DNA of 35,854 nt, taken from an uncultured Rhodopirellula sp. (GTDB lineage Bacteria; Planctomycetota; Planctomycetia; Pirellulales; Pirellulaceae). Of this stretch, positions 1 to 10,294 are shown one piece after another (within the stretch, counting starts at the first letter, position 1; every line of letters starts with the position of its first letter). The position numbers and the translations under genes were made by a program. The stretch is taken from assembly GCA_964007735.1 (NCBI GenBank), contig CAXGAI010000045.1, positions 1-35,854 of the forward strand, given 5' to 3'. The notes under the pieces are model-generated. The model saw nothing but the letters and a program-made list of their open reading frames with translations. It did not search any database and had not been told where the DNA came from.

Positions 1-1
1 A

Positions 2-880
2 ACTAAGGACCTGGGAGGCAGTCAATGGTTAGAGCAATTCCATGTTTGGAGAATGGATTGGGATACCGAGACGATCCGCCTTTACGTTGATGACAAGTTG
101 CTAAACGAAACCAAACTTGTAGATACCTATAATCCAAATCTTAAATGGGGACCTAAAAATCCATTTCACCATCCTCATTACCTCATTATTAATCTTGCAT
201 TGGGAGGAAATAACGGGGGGGATGTGGAAAATGCAAAATTGCCTGCTGAATATTTAATTGACTATGTCCGTGTGTACCAACGTGAGCAAGATCTCAACTT
301 CAAACCCGAAGACAGGTATATTCCACCATCAGCTTCTACTGGAAAGCGAGTTGGTATTCATCACTTTAGTGAACTTCCTAAAACATTGAATCGGCGTTGT
401 AGTTGGGAAAAGGGCTCTGATTCACGTTCTTATTCCTGGAAGCCCCCCGGGCGCTCGCAGCAATCAGCAGAAATGATTGTTGACTACAAGGATAAATTTG
501 AGGGAGCACAATCCTATAGGTTTGTGTTAAATCATGGCTGGAGTCGATGGGTTCTGGAAATGAATCCTGATTATGGTGAAGGCGTAGCTGACCTCTCCTC
601 TTTTCGTAAAATGGGTTTTGCGCTGAAGTCAACGGATGCAAGCAACTGGTCGAAGTTTCGTGTCATCATCCAGAGCGTCGACGGAAAGACATATGAGGCG
701 TCCATGAGTTCACTTGGTTTCAAACCGGACGGCCAGTGGCACCGTTGCTATATCTCCCTGAGCGAGGCAGCAAGATATGGTGTTGACCTGACTAAAATTA
801 GAACCCTCTTTGCCATCGGTTGGGAGGAAGGGGTTCGTAGCGGTCAGTACTTCAAATTGGATGACCTCTATGTGGAGTGA
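2..880 (+). CDS. GH16 family glycoside hydrolase (5'-partial) with a C-terminal carbohydrate-binding-like domain
   Basis: Frame is open from base 2 (TKDLGGSQWLEQFHVWRMDWD...), so the gene starts before the window. FHVWRMDW, NPF..PHYLIINLALGG and IDYVRVYQ match the C-terminal half of GH16 enzymes. An extra ~190-aa beta-rich domain follows. Confidence 0.8.
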   Translation, partial: TKDLGGSQWLEQFHVWRMDWDTETIRLYVDDKLLNETKLVDTYNPNLKWGPKNPFHHPHYLIINLALGGNNGGDVENAKLPAEYLIDYVRVYQREQDLNFKPEDRYIPPSASTGKRVGIHHFSELPKTLNRRCSWEKGSDSRSYSWKPPGRSQQSAEMIVDYKDKFEGAQSYRFVLNHGWSRWVLEMNPDYGEGVADLSSFRKMGFALKSTDASNWSKFRVIIQSVDGKTYEASMSSLGFKPDGQWHRCYISLSEAARYGVDLTKIRTLFAIGWEEGVRSGQYFKLDDLYVE

Positions 881-1036
881 GAGAAAAGTTAGATGCCGAC
901 TTGGTTGAGTCATTGGGCTATCGTTTCGTATAGAGAGGTTTAGCTCAGGGGCTCGCGCATTTTTAAGGTTCGGGTGATTCTCCCTTAGAGTCGTCCTATA
1001 AGTTTGTAGCGAAAGAAATTCTCAAAAGCCGTGGTA

Positions 1037-1783
1037 TTAATCATCTAGAGAAATCGACGTGACTGCTTGTCGGAAAATCGTCAAACCATTGCCATAATTA
1101 ATCACGAAAATGACTGCAGAAACGATCGTACCGATCACCGCCGTCCCCCCCATTAAAACTTTCAATTCACTTGGGACATTTGTTCCGGATAATGTAAGTA
1201 TTGTCGCCAAAACAAATATCGTAAATGGAAGGATGAGTAAAACACAAAATGCGGTCCGGGCTCTTTTCATCTTCGCAGCGACACTCGCGGATTGGATGAA
1301 AATCGCAAGCCGTATCCAGCCGGTGAGAAAAAGTATTAAGCAGATCAAAGGTGTAATACCGAAAAGAAATGTCGTGAGAAGACTCAGTCTGATGTCTATA
1401 GGCAGAAATGGAATTAGCGTAGGGCCAACGTTGCTGAGTATTCCTAAAACGAATGAAATCACAAATAGTTGTTTTGCTCCGCTACGTTCAGGAGAGAAGA
1501 GTAACATAACGTTTCCAATGAATGTGCAGATTCCCCCGACGGCTCCGATCCCAATAATCACAAATAAGAAAGAACCTCCTTCCCTTGGAGTAAGTTGTAA
1601 TCCGCCGGCGATAACTCCACAGATAAACAAGATTATAATCGTGCAAATACTAAACAAGAGAAAGCCTGCACCCTTACGACAGCGATATAACTGAGAGATT
1701 TCAAACGCTGAATACTCGTGGCCTGAATTCAGTTGATTTGAGTTGTTCTCAGCGTCTAGTGGTGCTTGATAGGGATTGTTCAT
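1037..1783 (-). CDS. Hypothetical integral membrane protein (about 6 TM) with N-terminal NPYQAP motif
   Basis: 248-aa ORF with several hydrophobic segments. NPYxxP N-termini are common in planctomycete membrane proteins. GGAG lies upstream of the ATG. Confidence 0.75.
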   Translation of the reverse strand: MNNPYQAPLDAENNSNQLNSGHEYSAFEISQLYRCRKGAGFLLFSICTIIILFICGVIAGGLQLTPREGGSFLFVIIGIGAVGGICTFIGNVMLLFSPERSGAKQLFVISFVLGILSNVGPTLIPFLPIDIRLSLLTTFLFGITPLICLILFLTGWIRLAIFIQSASVAAKMKRARTAFCVLLILPFTIFVLATILTLSGTNVPSELKVLMGGTAVIGTIVSAVIFVINYGNGLTIFRQAVTSISLDD

Positions 1784-2002
1784 GCGGTCTCCAAAAAATG
1801 TCTTAGGCTAAATCACTGTAGATGTAGTTACGTGAATAGGTGCGGAAACACGTAGGCCGGGGCGCAAGAAATAAGCAAAAGACAAAAAATGGATGGCCTG
1901 ATTGGCAAGGCTTCTTCGGGCGTTATTCTGTGGCAGGCGAATCACACCTGCTTCGCCCGTCGATCGACTTGCGTTGGTTCATACCGAAGCGGTACAGCTT
2001 GA

Positions 2003-3124
2003 CTAGTCAATTAATTTGGGGGCTGGTCTGGGAGGTGTCGGATTTGGATTGGGTTTAGGAGGAGGCGGCTTCGCGCCGAATAGTAAACTCCCTCCCAGAT
2101 GGGTTGTATATACCCACTCGTCACTTTGAGGTTCCCAACCGGCAAGAATTCCACGTTTATCAGCCGCCTTTCTGGCGGCCATGTAGATTTCGAAACTATC
2201 CGGATATACAAAGAAACGCATATAAAACCTATTACGATCAAAATTATCGAGAAAGCCGCTAAATCGTGATCTCGCTCCAAGTACCTCCTGAAGAGCGATT
2301 CCTTTCGTCGCTCGCGGAGTAAAGGAAATGCGAGGATAGATTCCCGAGCGTATCAAATGAGATACAAAGTATTCTCCCGTCGGTGGTTTTCGATTGACTA
2401 ATGGAAGTAATACTTCATGATCCACTCCCAGTTCAGGTCCGCGGAACAGCTGTCGTTGTTGAACGATGGACTCGATTGCCTCACGCATCACTTTTCGGTC
2501 CTGTTCATTAAAGAACAGCGGGTAAATTTTGTTTGCTTTGCATAAAAGAACAAACTGTTTCGCCCCCTCCGGAACCGAACGTGGATTGGGCAATGTCAAA
2601 CTTTCATTCGGGGCAATCGGTATCCCTTTATAATCACTTAACAACGCTTTGAGCATGGCCTCATCTTCCAGATTCTTGGAGATCTCTTTTGAGAGTCGCT
2701 CCTTCTCCTTTTCCTGCGATTCCATCGAGGCCACAATTTCTTCCGCCGTCTTACGTTCCTCCGTCAGTTTCACTGAAACAAGCTGAGTTTCTGTTTTAGT
2801 ATCCTGCAGTTTTGAAGTAGTGCTCTCTAGCTGTTGTCGCAACTTCGCAAGTTCGACCTGCCGCGCTGATTGCGTGTTGAGATCTTTAAACCGTTCCTCT
2901 AACTGCTGTTCCAGAGCAAGACTGGAAGTGTATTGCTCTTCCAGTATTTGCACAGACTCTTGAGAACCTTTTTCCGATTGAGCGATCCGATCCACGGCGT
3001 CTTTCACACCTAATTGGGTCGCAATCAAAACCATGACTAATATCCCAACGACATTGGTCATCGTATCCAGTAATGAATCGAGGCCGTCTCCATCGTCTTC
3101 TTCGAGGTTACTGTGTGACTTCAT
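2003..3124 (-). CDS. ExbD/TolR-like single-TM protein with long coiled coil and Pro-rich C-terminus
   Basis: Acidic N-terminus, then LDSLLDTMTNVVGILVMVLI (Asp-containing TM entry), a ~120-aa coiled coil, an alpha/beta C-terminal domain and KPPPPKPNPNPTPPRPAPK. Third gene of the operon led by the ExbB-like gene. Confidence 0.65.
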   Translation of the reverse strand: MKSHSNLEEDDGDGLDSLLDTMTNVVGILVMVLIATQLGVKDAVDRIAQSEKGSQESVQILEEQYTSSLALEQQLEERFKDLNTQSARQVELAKLRQQLESTTSKLQDTKTETQLVSVKLTEERKTAEEIVASMESQEKEKERLSKEISKNLEDEAMLKALLSDYKGIPIAPNESLTLPNPRSVPEGAKQFVLLCKANKIYPLFFNEQDRKVMREAIESIVQQRQLFRGPELGVDHEVLLPLVNRKPPTGEYFVSHLIRSGIYPRISFTPRATKGIALQEVLGARSRFSGFLDNFDRNRFYMRFFVYPDSFEIYMAARKAADKRGILAGWEPQSDEWVYTTHLGGSLLFGAKPPPPKPNPNPTPPRPAPKLID

Positions 3125-3169
3125 TCTTATACTCTACTATCCTGGCCATCCGTCCTTGAAAACAACTTA

Positions 3170-3991
3170 TCACTTGTCGAAGTTAGTGAAATCAAGACGA
3201 CCATCACCTACCACCGGGAGTTTCCCGTATCTCACACTGTTTTGATCACACATGCGTTTTGCCAGCCGATAACTTTGCAAACCGTCGTGCCTTAAAAGAA
3301 AAGTGATCGCGTTGCCCGGTTTATTAACCACCGTCTGTAACAATTCCTTGAACAACGAATGGCTTAGGATTTCCGCTTGGCGAATGCGGGTCGACTCACT
3401 CGCACCGTGTAGCACGATGGCGCCGTCAGTACATTCCACAAAGTGAGGTTTCACATTGAGCCCTGTCCCTCCGGGCAGCACCTTAACACTTCCCTCTGTT
3501 TCGGCTTTTTTGACCGCCACCTCTTTTTGCAATGCGTTTACGCGCTTCTGCAATTCACCATGCTCTAGTCTTAAGTCAGCCAGAGTTTCGATAGAATCCG
3601 GAGGAATTTCAGGTACTACGATCTCGACTTTTATCAGTATGTCCAGTTCCTTCTGACTTTCCTCGAGTTCTTTTAGTAACGCTTCTAATTCTATTTTTGT
3701 TTTTACGATCTCGTTCTCGCGATTTTCGGCATTTGCCAACAATGCCAGGTCCTCGTCGGATAAGGACAGACGAATGGTACGGATTTTCTCCTCCTGTTTT
3801 TCAATGCTTGCCCTTAGCTCCTCGGATCGGATAGCATTGGCGACGATTTGCTTACTGTCACCCTGATTCATCTGATCTAAAGTGATCGCTGCAATCATTA
3901 ACGTCAAAACACCGATGATCGCAGCGATGATACTCAGAAATGGGAATAGCGACACGTCATTATCCGAGTCGTCATCAACCGATTTTCGCAT
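3170..3991 (-). CDS. ExbD/TolR-like single-TM protein with coiled coil
   Basis: VSLFPFLSIIAAIIGVLTLMI resembles the ExbD/TolR N-terminal TM. A coiled coil and a small alpha/beta domain (ITFLLRHDG...) follow. Starts 2 nt after the ExbB-like stop. Confidence 0.65.
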   Translation of the reverse strand: MRKSVDDDSDNDVSLFPFLSIIAAIIGVLTLMIAAITLDQMNQGDSKQIVANAIRSEELRASIEKQEEKIRTIRLSLSDEDLALLANAENRENEIVKTKIELEALLKELEESQKELDILIKVEIVVPEIPPDSIETLADLRLEHGELQKRVNALQKEVAVKKAETEGSVKVLPGGTGLNVKPHFVECTDGAIVLHGASESTRIRQAEILSHSLFKELLQTVVNKPGNAITFLLRHDGLQSYRLAKRMCDQNSVRYGKLPVVGDGRLDFTNFDK

Positions 3992-3993
3992 GC

Positions 3994-5340
3994 TTATCTC
4001 CTCTTACGTCTGGAGTCAGATCGAGAGAACCAACCTTTACGGCGTTTGGGTTGATGAGCAACGATGTCCTGCTTGTGCTGCTGCAATTGTGCCTTGAGAG
4101 CATTCGTGGTTTCGCTTGCCTGCTTGGTAAGACTAGCCATTGTGGACGTAAGAGTACTGAGGTTGTTTTGCATTTCGGCACTGATCTGTGCAGCAGCGCG
4201 AATTTGTCCGGCGATCGCAATTGCATTTTCAGCACTTTGCTTTTGGAATTGCTTCAGTTCGTTTGTTCCCAGGCTTTCCATTAAGGCTTCCTTTAAAAGG
4301 CTAGGCGTGTTTCCCAGCGAGAGTCCCTGCGTCCCTCTTTCGGCGCCCCCTTCTTTACCGTCATTTAAGCGTCTTAACAGATTTTCGTTACAGTATTCGT
4401 CGATCAGTGTGACCAGTGAACCTTCATTGCGCTGCAGAGCTGACGTGGGAATTTTCACCAACATGCTCATGATTAATGCCAGGAGTGTCGTATCAAAAGC
4501 GGTCCCTAGACCACCAAATACGCTTTTCATTGACGAGGTGACCGCCGACACATCCGAGGCATTTTCTAAAGTTGCGGATAGCCCGCTTACCGCAGTACTG
4601 ACCCCCATGACCGTTCCAATGAACCCCAGAATAGGCATCGCCCAGATGAATACCTTAATGATCGCGTAACTACTATTTACATTGGCGACGTCAATGCCAG
4701 ACTGTGATTCCATCATGGTCACTGTCTCAGCCGCACTCTTTCGAACCCGAAAGTGTTCGATCCCCCGAATTACTCGATTGACCAACATGGTCTCACGGCA
4801 GTTACGCGGTATGTTGTTGATATGTTCCACAAAACCATCTAACGACTCCAACGTGATTTCCTCAGAGACCGTGGCCGGAAGCACATCCATAATGAATGCA
4901 TTCTTCTGATTAGATAATTTCCTTTGCTTGAGAAGTAGAATGGCAAACGACCAAAACATTAACAAAGTTGTCGGGAAGTTAATCCCAACACTATCCCAGA
5001 ACATCGTACCCAGGCGGTAGCCCATTTGCTGAAGAGGGAGCAGGAGAAGGAAGACAATCACCGCCGCCGAGATCCCAATGATGGCACTTTTAAGTAGACT
5101 AACATTACTTCCATCGGAAGCGAATTTTATAGATGCTGAGCGGTGGGGACGTGATTTGGTTTGACGACTACGCCCTGATACACGTTCCTCACTTCCTTTG
5201 ATTGTCGGGGTATCGTTAATTTGAGGCGTAGGGACCCTCATAATCGTTTTGCAATAAGGGCAACTACAATTCTTGCCTGCAAGTTCATCCGGAACTTTGA
5301 GTGGTTGTTGGCATGATGAACATAAAAGGCTAATGGGCAT
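3994..5340 (-). CDS. MotA/TolQ/ExbB proton-channel family protein with N-terminal zinc ribbon and helical C-terminal tail
   Basis: WAMPILGFIGTVMG and GLGTAFDTTLLAL are MotA/ExbB channel signatures. N-terminus has CSSC...CPYC. GGAG-like text is not in a clear RBS position, so the start is taken from the ORF. Confidence 0.88.
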   Translation of the reverse strand: MPISLLCSSCQQPLKVPDELAGKNCSCPYCKTIMRVPTPQINDTPTIKGSEERVSGRSRQTKSRPHRSASIKFASDGSNVSLLKSAIIGISAAVIVFLLLLPLQQMGYRLGTMFWDSVGINFPTTLLMFWSFAILLLKQRKLSNQKNAFIMDVLPATVSEEITLESLDGFVEHINNIPRNCRETMLVNRVIRGIEHFRVRKSAAETVTMMESQSGIDVANVNSSYAIIKVFIWAMPILGFIGTVMGVSTAVSGLSATLENASDVSAVTSSMKSVFGGLGTAFDTTLLALIMSMLVKIPTSALQRNEGSLVTLIDEYCNENLLRRLNDGKEGGAERGTQGLSLGNTPSLLKEALMESLGTNELKQFQKQSAENAIAIAGQIRAAAQISAEMQNNLSTLTSTMASLTKQASETTNALKAQLQQHKQDIVAHQPKRRKGWFSRSDSRRKRR

Positions 5341-5761
5341 AGGAGTGAACCGTTAGAGAGGTAACCGAAGAGTATTTATCGATTATTTTATATTCCTTCC
5401 CAGTCCATTTGAACGTGAAATATCGGCTTGTTCGTGGGGAATCTAATATAGCCTGCGGGAAAAAGCCCCGTCTAATAAGGACATCGCCTTCAGTCGCAAG
5501 ATTGTTTTTGCTTTTGAAGGATGGTTCCGCATTTCAAAGAGGTCGAAAAAAACCATGCATCAAGGGGTCGATGTACAGCAAGAACGGTGCTGCTAACCGG
5601 AGAACGAAGCTTGGAACGTTTTTTGGCGTAACGGCTTTCAGATGACTCTTTGATAACGCTTAAAAAACAGTCACTCGGAATTTTCACTAGGGCTAAGATC
5701 CGTCTAAACCAACCTCTATACGAGTTAGGAACGGTAGAAAGTTAGACAAATACTGATAGAT

Positions 5762-7246
5762 CTACAACTTCGGTGGTATCCAATTGGGAATCCCTTTTGT
5801 TTCGAGTTGCTTTTGATATCTTACTGCCTGTGGTTGTTCCTGAGCATAGGGCACGTTTTCATTGACCATAAGTGGTAGCGTTTCTTCCCACCAACGATCG
5901 TATGCTTTTCTTAGTTCGGCTACGATCTCTGGATATTGATCAAAGACATTTGTACTTTCATACGGATCGTTTGAAATATCATATAATTCTGCATTGTTCA
6001 CGAAACGCCACCGTTGCGTTCGCACGGCAAAAGATTCCAATTTGCTGGCATTTGGATCGGTATCCTTTTCCCAACGACCCTTATGAATAAATAGCTTTCT
6101 GTCATTCCATAAAGCCTTTGGATTTTCAAGCAAAGGCACAAGTGTGCGTCCGTCAATTTTCTGAATATGATTTGGTATCTTCACCCCGGCCAACTCACAA
6201 AATGTCCGGTACAAATCAATATGTGCAGTTAATGACGGGATATCAACGCCTGATTTAAGAGTGTTTTTCCAATACCAGAATGATGGAACATGAGTACCTC
6301 CTTCATGCGGTGTTCCTTTTCCCGTTTTGAATCCTGCGCTAAAGATAGGTGTTTGTACTCCGTTTAGCTTTCCGCTTTTACCTGCCTGGCCGTTGTCGGT
6401 CATGAAGATCACAAGTGTGTTTTCCAGGCTCCCCCATTCCTCAAGTTTAGTCATCAGAAACCCGAAGTTATCATCGATATTTTCGATCATTCCATACCGC
6501 CCTTGAATGCGGTCTTCCCAGCCCTGATCTGCAAATCGCTTCTCATATTTTGCTGGCGCTATCATAGGTCCATGAGGCGCGTTGAGCGTAATATATGCAA
6601 AGAACGGTGTCTTCGATTGGTATTTCTGTTTTATCCAACCAAGGGCGGCTTGAAAGAAGACGTCCGTACAAAATCCTTGCGTCTTAACAATCGTGTCATT
6701 ATGTAAGATCACATTGTCAAAATAACGGCCGTCCGAGATTCGATTAGGGGGAAAATCAGCACAACTTCCCGGATAGGATTGCCCAATACCTCCGGCTCCG
6801 TGAATAAAGGTCTCACTAAACCCGCGGTTGTAGGGTTGATAGGCATCTTCATCTCCTAAATGCCATTTCCCAAAGATTCCTGTTTCGTAACCAGCATTTT
6901 GTAACAGTTGTGGAAACGTGGTTGTGGAAAGCGCCATGCGTTCACGTTCTTTAATTGTGTGTGTAACGCCATTACGAAATTCGTGACGTCCGCTGAAAAT
7001 TGCAGACCGCGTGGGAGCACAGGTTGGGCTCACATGAAAATCGGTAAAACGGGTCGATAAGGAATAGAATTTGTCCAGATGCGGAGTTCTTAAAACTTTA
7101 TTCCCCATGCACGATAGATCACCCATTCCCTGATCATCAGTTAGGACGAGTATGATATTTGGCCTTGTTCCTGCTAATGAATTGTTATCTTCTGATCGCA
7201 GAGAACACGTGATGAATAACAAAAATAATACGCAATAGAATTTCAT
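5762..7246 (-). CDS. Formylglycine-dependent sulfatase (arylsulfatase family), secreted
   Basis: Signal-peptide-like N-terminus, PNIILVLTDDQG, CAPTRSA (CxPxR), GKWHLG, NAPH, TDNG. Confidence 0.95.
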   Translation of the reverse strand: MKFYCVLFLLFITCSLRSEDNNSLAGTRPNIILVLTDDQGMGDLSCMGNKVLRTPHLDKFYSLSTRFTDFHVSPTCAPTRSAIFSGRHEFRNGVTHTIKERERMALSTTTFPQLLQNAGYETGIFGKWHLGDEDAYQPYNRGFSETFIHGAGGIGQSYPGSCADFPPNRISDGRYFDNVILHNDTIVKTQGFCTDVFFQAALGWIKQKYQSKTPFFAYITLNAPHGPMIAPAKYEKRFADQGWEDRIQGRYGMIENIDDNFGFLMTKLEEWGSLENTLVIFMTDNGQAGKSGKLNGVQTPIFSAGFKTGKGTPHEGGTHVPSFWYWKNTLKSGVDIPSLTAHIDLYRTFCELAGVKIPNHIQKIDGRTLVPLLENPKALWNDRKLFIHKGRWEKDTDPNASKLESFAVRTQRWRFVNNAELYDISNDPYESTNVFDQYPEIVAELRKAYDRWWEETLPLMVNENVPYAQEQPQAVRYQKQLETKGIPNWIPPKL

Positions 7247-7422
7247 TGTATGTAATGCACTTTTTAGTTTTTATTGTCTGCTAATCCGTTAACACCCGTT
7301 GTAATTAAGTGATGCAGATCATCGGTAAGTTTAAGATGAGTGTTCAATGAAAGGCTTTTCCATCACCAGGATACCAGACATGTCCTCATGCCTGTATCAG
7401 ACGGCAAAAAACGGGCCAGCAT

Positions 7423-8799
7423 TTATCGAGCAGCTACTTGCTGACAAACTTCATAGAGTCGGTCGAGGTATGCTTTGCATTCATCAGGACACATCGTTAG
7501 TGGTGGGCTGATACGTAGGACTTTACCTGCTAACGCACCAAGTAAGTGAATCGCCAAGGCGCCATCTTTCCCCAGATAACATTCCTCAATAATCTGATTG
7601 GCGATCACAGCCCCTTTCCGTTCTCCGATATCAGCACACTCGATACCCCAGACACAGCCTTCCCCCCGGACTTTGCTGATCGCTCCGGTCTCTTTCAGCC
7701 GAATGAGACCGGTTTCGATAATACCTGCAAGATGGGATCCCTTTTGAAGTGTATTCGTGGTTTCGAATTCGTCGAGTGTAGCAACGACCGCCGCACTCGA
7801 TAGCGGGTTGGCACTCCATGTATCGGAGGCCTCACCATAGCCTAAACTTTCAAATACGTCACTGCGTCCAACAGCGGCACTAACAGGAACACCATTGCCT
7901 AAGCCTTTACCCAGCAGAACAACATCGGGCTCGAGTTCATAATGACTGAATGCGTACATCGGACCAGTTCGCCCGAAGTTCGATTGGATTTCATCCAGAA
8001 TGAATACAAGATTGTGTTCACGACAGAATGCTTGCAGCAACTGCAAGTATTCTTTCTGTGGATGATAGGAGCCACCCCCGCCCAGATACGGCTCTGTAAT
8101 AACGCAGCACAGCCGATCACCATGTTTATCCCAAAGTGTATCCAGCTCCTGCTGATATGGTTTCAGATCAATCGGTTGTTTACGGGTTTCAACATCGTCG
8201 CATTCGGATTTAGGGAAGCTGATGAATCTTACTCGTTCATCGCGTTCTTTATCTTCTTCGCTTCCGGTAACAGCTCCAGCCAAACCCTTCTTACCATGGA
8301 AGCCATGACGAGTGGCAATGATCATATCTTTGCCCGGTTGATACTTTATGGCAGCCCATAAAGCTTTTTGAACGGCTTCACTACCACTGGCAGACCACAT
8401 AATCTGATTGATTCTGTTGCCGCCTGGAGCAGCTTGCAAATTAGCAAGCAAACGCTCATTCGATTGGGATTCAATTTCGGTAATTGCGTTGTAAGCAGTT
8501 AATGGAACACTGTTGGCATATTCGCCGCCTTCTTTAATGGCCTCTAAGCCCAGATAGCCTACAACTCGATTCCACCAGGCTACCGGGTTGTGCCCTAGAT
8601 TGGCTACTAAGACGCCTGAAGTAAAGTCCGCGAGCTTACGTCCTTCAGGAGTGTAGTGGTAGCTACCAGCACTATGACTGATAACACACTGACTTGGTGT
8701 AAAAGTTCGAATGGCAAATGGTTCCTGTTGTAGGATTTTTGCACGGACACTATTCGATTTATCTTCCCCGTCGAATTGAATGGGTTGTATGTCAGTCAT
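7423..8799 (-). CDS. Class-III PLP-dependent aminotransferase
   Basis: SGSEAV, GFHG, ITEPYLGGGG, DEIQSNFGRTG and LLGKGLGNG (PLP Lys). ATG at 8799 preferred over the TTG at 8811. Confidence 0.92.
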   Translation of the reverse strand: MTDIQPIQFDGEDKSNSVRAKILQQEPFAIRTFTPSQCVISHSAGSYHYTPEGRKLADFTSGVLVANLGHNPVAWWNRVVGYLGLEAIKEGGEYANSVPLTAYNAITEIESQSNERLLANLQAAPGGNRINQIMWSASGSEAVQKALWAAIKYQPGKDMIIATRHGFHGKKGLAGAVTGSEEDKERDERVRFISFPKSECDDVETRKQPIDLKPYQQELDTLWDKHGDRLCCVITEPYLGGGGSYHPQKEYLQLLQAFCREHNLVFILDEIQSNFGRTGPMYAFSHYELEPDVVLLGKGLGNGVPVSAAVGRSDVFESLGYGEASDTWSANPLSSAAVVATLDEFETTNTLQKGSHLAGIIETGLIRLKETGAISKVRGEGCVWGIECADIGERKGAVIANQIIEECYLGKDGALAIHLLGALAGKVLRISPPLTMCPDECKAYLDRLYEVCQQVAAR

Positions 8800-8862
8800 G
8801 ATTGAAACCAAATGTTTACTAAGTGAACGGGTTTTGTGATTAAAGATAGTTGGAAGATAGTT

Positions 8863-10146
8863 TTAAACCTGATGTTTATATAGTACGATACCTTCGGCCT
8901 GTCCCGGAATATATAGAACTAACCCACCTCCGGATTCATTGACCCGAACAACACAGTCAGGATGGCCCGACACATGTTGGTCAAGGATGGCCTCCATTGC
9001 CTGTACCGCTGCGACGGTCTGACGATCACTGGCGATATCATTATAGAACCCAGCGGAGAGCTGGTCGATTCGTTCGTCACGCGACCTATCATCGGTGCCA
9101 TGCTCGACATAAGCGACTTCCCGTGCAAACTCCTCCAGCACTTCGATACCATAACCACGTTGAGTTCTCCGCCCATCGGGTTCCATGAATGTACCGTTGT
9201 AATGATTGTTCATGGAGTTCTTAATCGAGAGGGGTGTTTTTTCTTCGACCGTACACTCGACACCGCGTTTGCGACTGTGCCCATTCCAGATGCCGTTGTC
9301 AAAGCGGAACTGGACTTCCTGCTCCACATAGCCAGGGAAATTGTCGGGTGTTACCCAACTGGTATGTATATCAAAGGCGGCTTCCCGTCCACTTTCATAT
9401 CCATAGACCAGTCGTAATTGTGTTGAATCCCAGGTGTGACCGTCAGCTTCACCGACGATTCCGCGCTGGCCACTACAACTTATGCTTTTAAGTTTCCCAC
9501 CAAAGGTGAAGTCGATCAGTTTAATGTAATGCACTGCCACGTACGTACCGGGGTTACGCCCCTGAATCCATTCAGCAAACTGCGAACCGGAAATTTGTTT
9601 GGGTTCCAGTAATGTACAATAGCCGGTGTTAATGTGTTGCAGAATATTGTCTGCTACAAAGGTTCGTAGTTTTTTGTGATCAGGGTCGAACAGTTTGTGA
9701 TAAACGACTTTGCACAACACCTGTTTGTTGCGAGCAGCAGCGATGACTGAATCGAGCTGTTGCATGGAGAGCACAGACGGCTTTTCAATGATCACGTGCT
9801 TACCAGCATCAATGGCTGCCATGGTTGCCTCGTAATGTCGGTCATCCGGAGTGGCGACGCAGACAAAATCGACATCATGATTTAGTAGCTGGCCAATACT
9901 ATCCGGTTCTATATAGCTGGCGAAATCGTTGATTTGATTACCCGCCGCGTCTTTGTATCTTGCAGCACGGCCCCCTGTGCGGCTGGCAACCGCCGCTATT
10001 TCCAGCTTGATCACACCAGTCCGCGGATCATAAATGCCCTCTTGATATGCATTCTCAAAGAAGGGGCGGTAAGTCTCATCAAAGATCATACCCATACCTA
10101 CCATGCCACCTTTAAGTTTTCGAATGGCTACGGTTGAATCAGACAT
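8863..10146 (-). CDS. Gfo/Idh/MocA family NAD(P)-dependent oxidoreductase
   Basis: GMVGMGMI Rossmann start, VCVATPDDRH, GKHVIIEKP. Confidence 0.92.
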   Translation of the reverse strand: MSDSTVAIRKLKGGMVGMGMIFDETYRPFFENAYQEGIYDPRTGVIKLEIAAVASRTGGRAARYKDAAGNQINDFASYIEPDSIGQLLNHDVDFVCVATPDDRHYEATMAAIDAGKHVIIEKPSVLSMQQLDSVIAAARNKQVLCKVVYHKLFDPDHKKLRTFVADNILQHINTGYCTLLEPKQISGSQFAEWIQGRNPGTYVAVHYIKLIDFTFGGKLKSISCSGQRGIVGEADGHTWDSTQLRLVYGYESGREAAFDIHTSWVTPDNFPGYVEQEVQFRFDNGIWNGHSRKRGVECTVEEKTPLSIKNSMNNHYNGTFMEPDGRRTQRGYGIEVLEEFAREVAYVEHGTDDRSRDERIDQLSAGFYNDIASDRQTVAAVQAMEAILDQHVSGHPDCVVRVNESGGGLVLYIPGQAEGIVLYKHQV

Positions 10147-10294
10147 TGAATCAGTGCTTTCTTGGTGTAGTACGTGTGTCCGCCTGTTGGAATATCATTT
10201 TCGCAAATAAATTGTAACGTTTCATTACTGCGAGCTTCGCGGGTGAAAATAAAACAGAGATTTCTGGCTTCCGCAAGCGTTTGGTTTGCAGTCA

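Noticed and set aside
1110..4909. Long antisense ORFs (1110-1694, 4064-4669 and similar ones elsewhere, e.g. 8962-9417, 27258-27737, 32036-32581)
   Set aside because: They shadow well-supported genes on the opposite strand and carry no recognisable motifs.
2003..5340. Zorya anti-phage system
   Set aside because: No OmpA-domain ZorB and no ZorC/D/E-like gene nearby. Only the ExbB-like fold and a tail are shared.
926..5723. Similar motifs tcgtatagag-aggtttag (926-943, plus strand) and tcgtatagag-gttggtttag (5704-5723, minus strand), each about 40-45 nt after a stop codon
   Set aside because: Only two copies of a gapped match of about 17 nt, which is compatible with chance in 36 kb. No transposase or target duplication was seen.
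5341..5761. 421-nt intergenic region with short ORFs (5409-5645, 5490-5687) or a possible ncRNA
   Set aside because: No convincing RBS, protein motif or strong RNA structure could be seen by eye. An Rfam scan would be needed.
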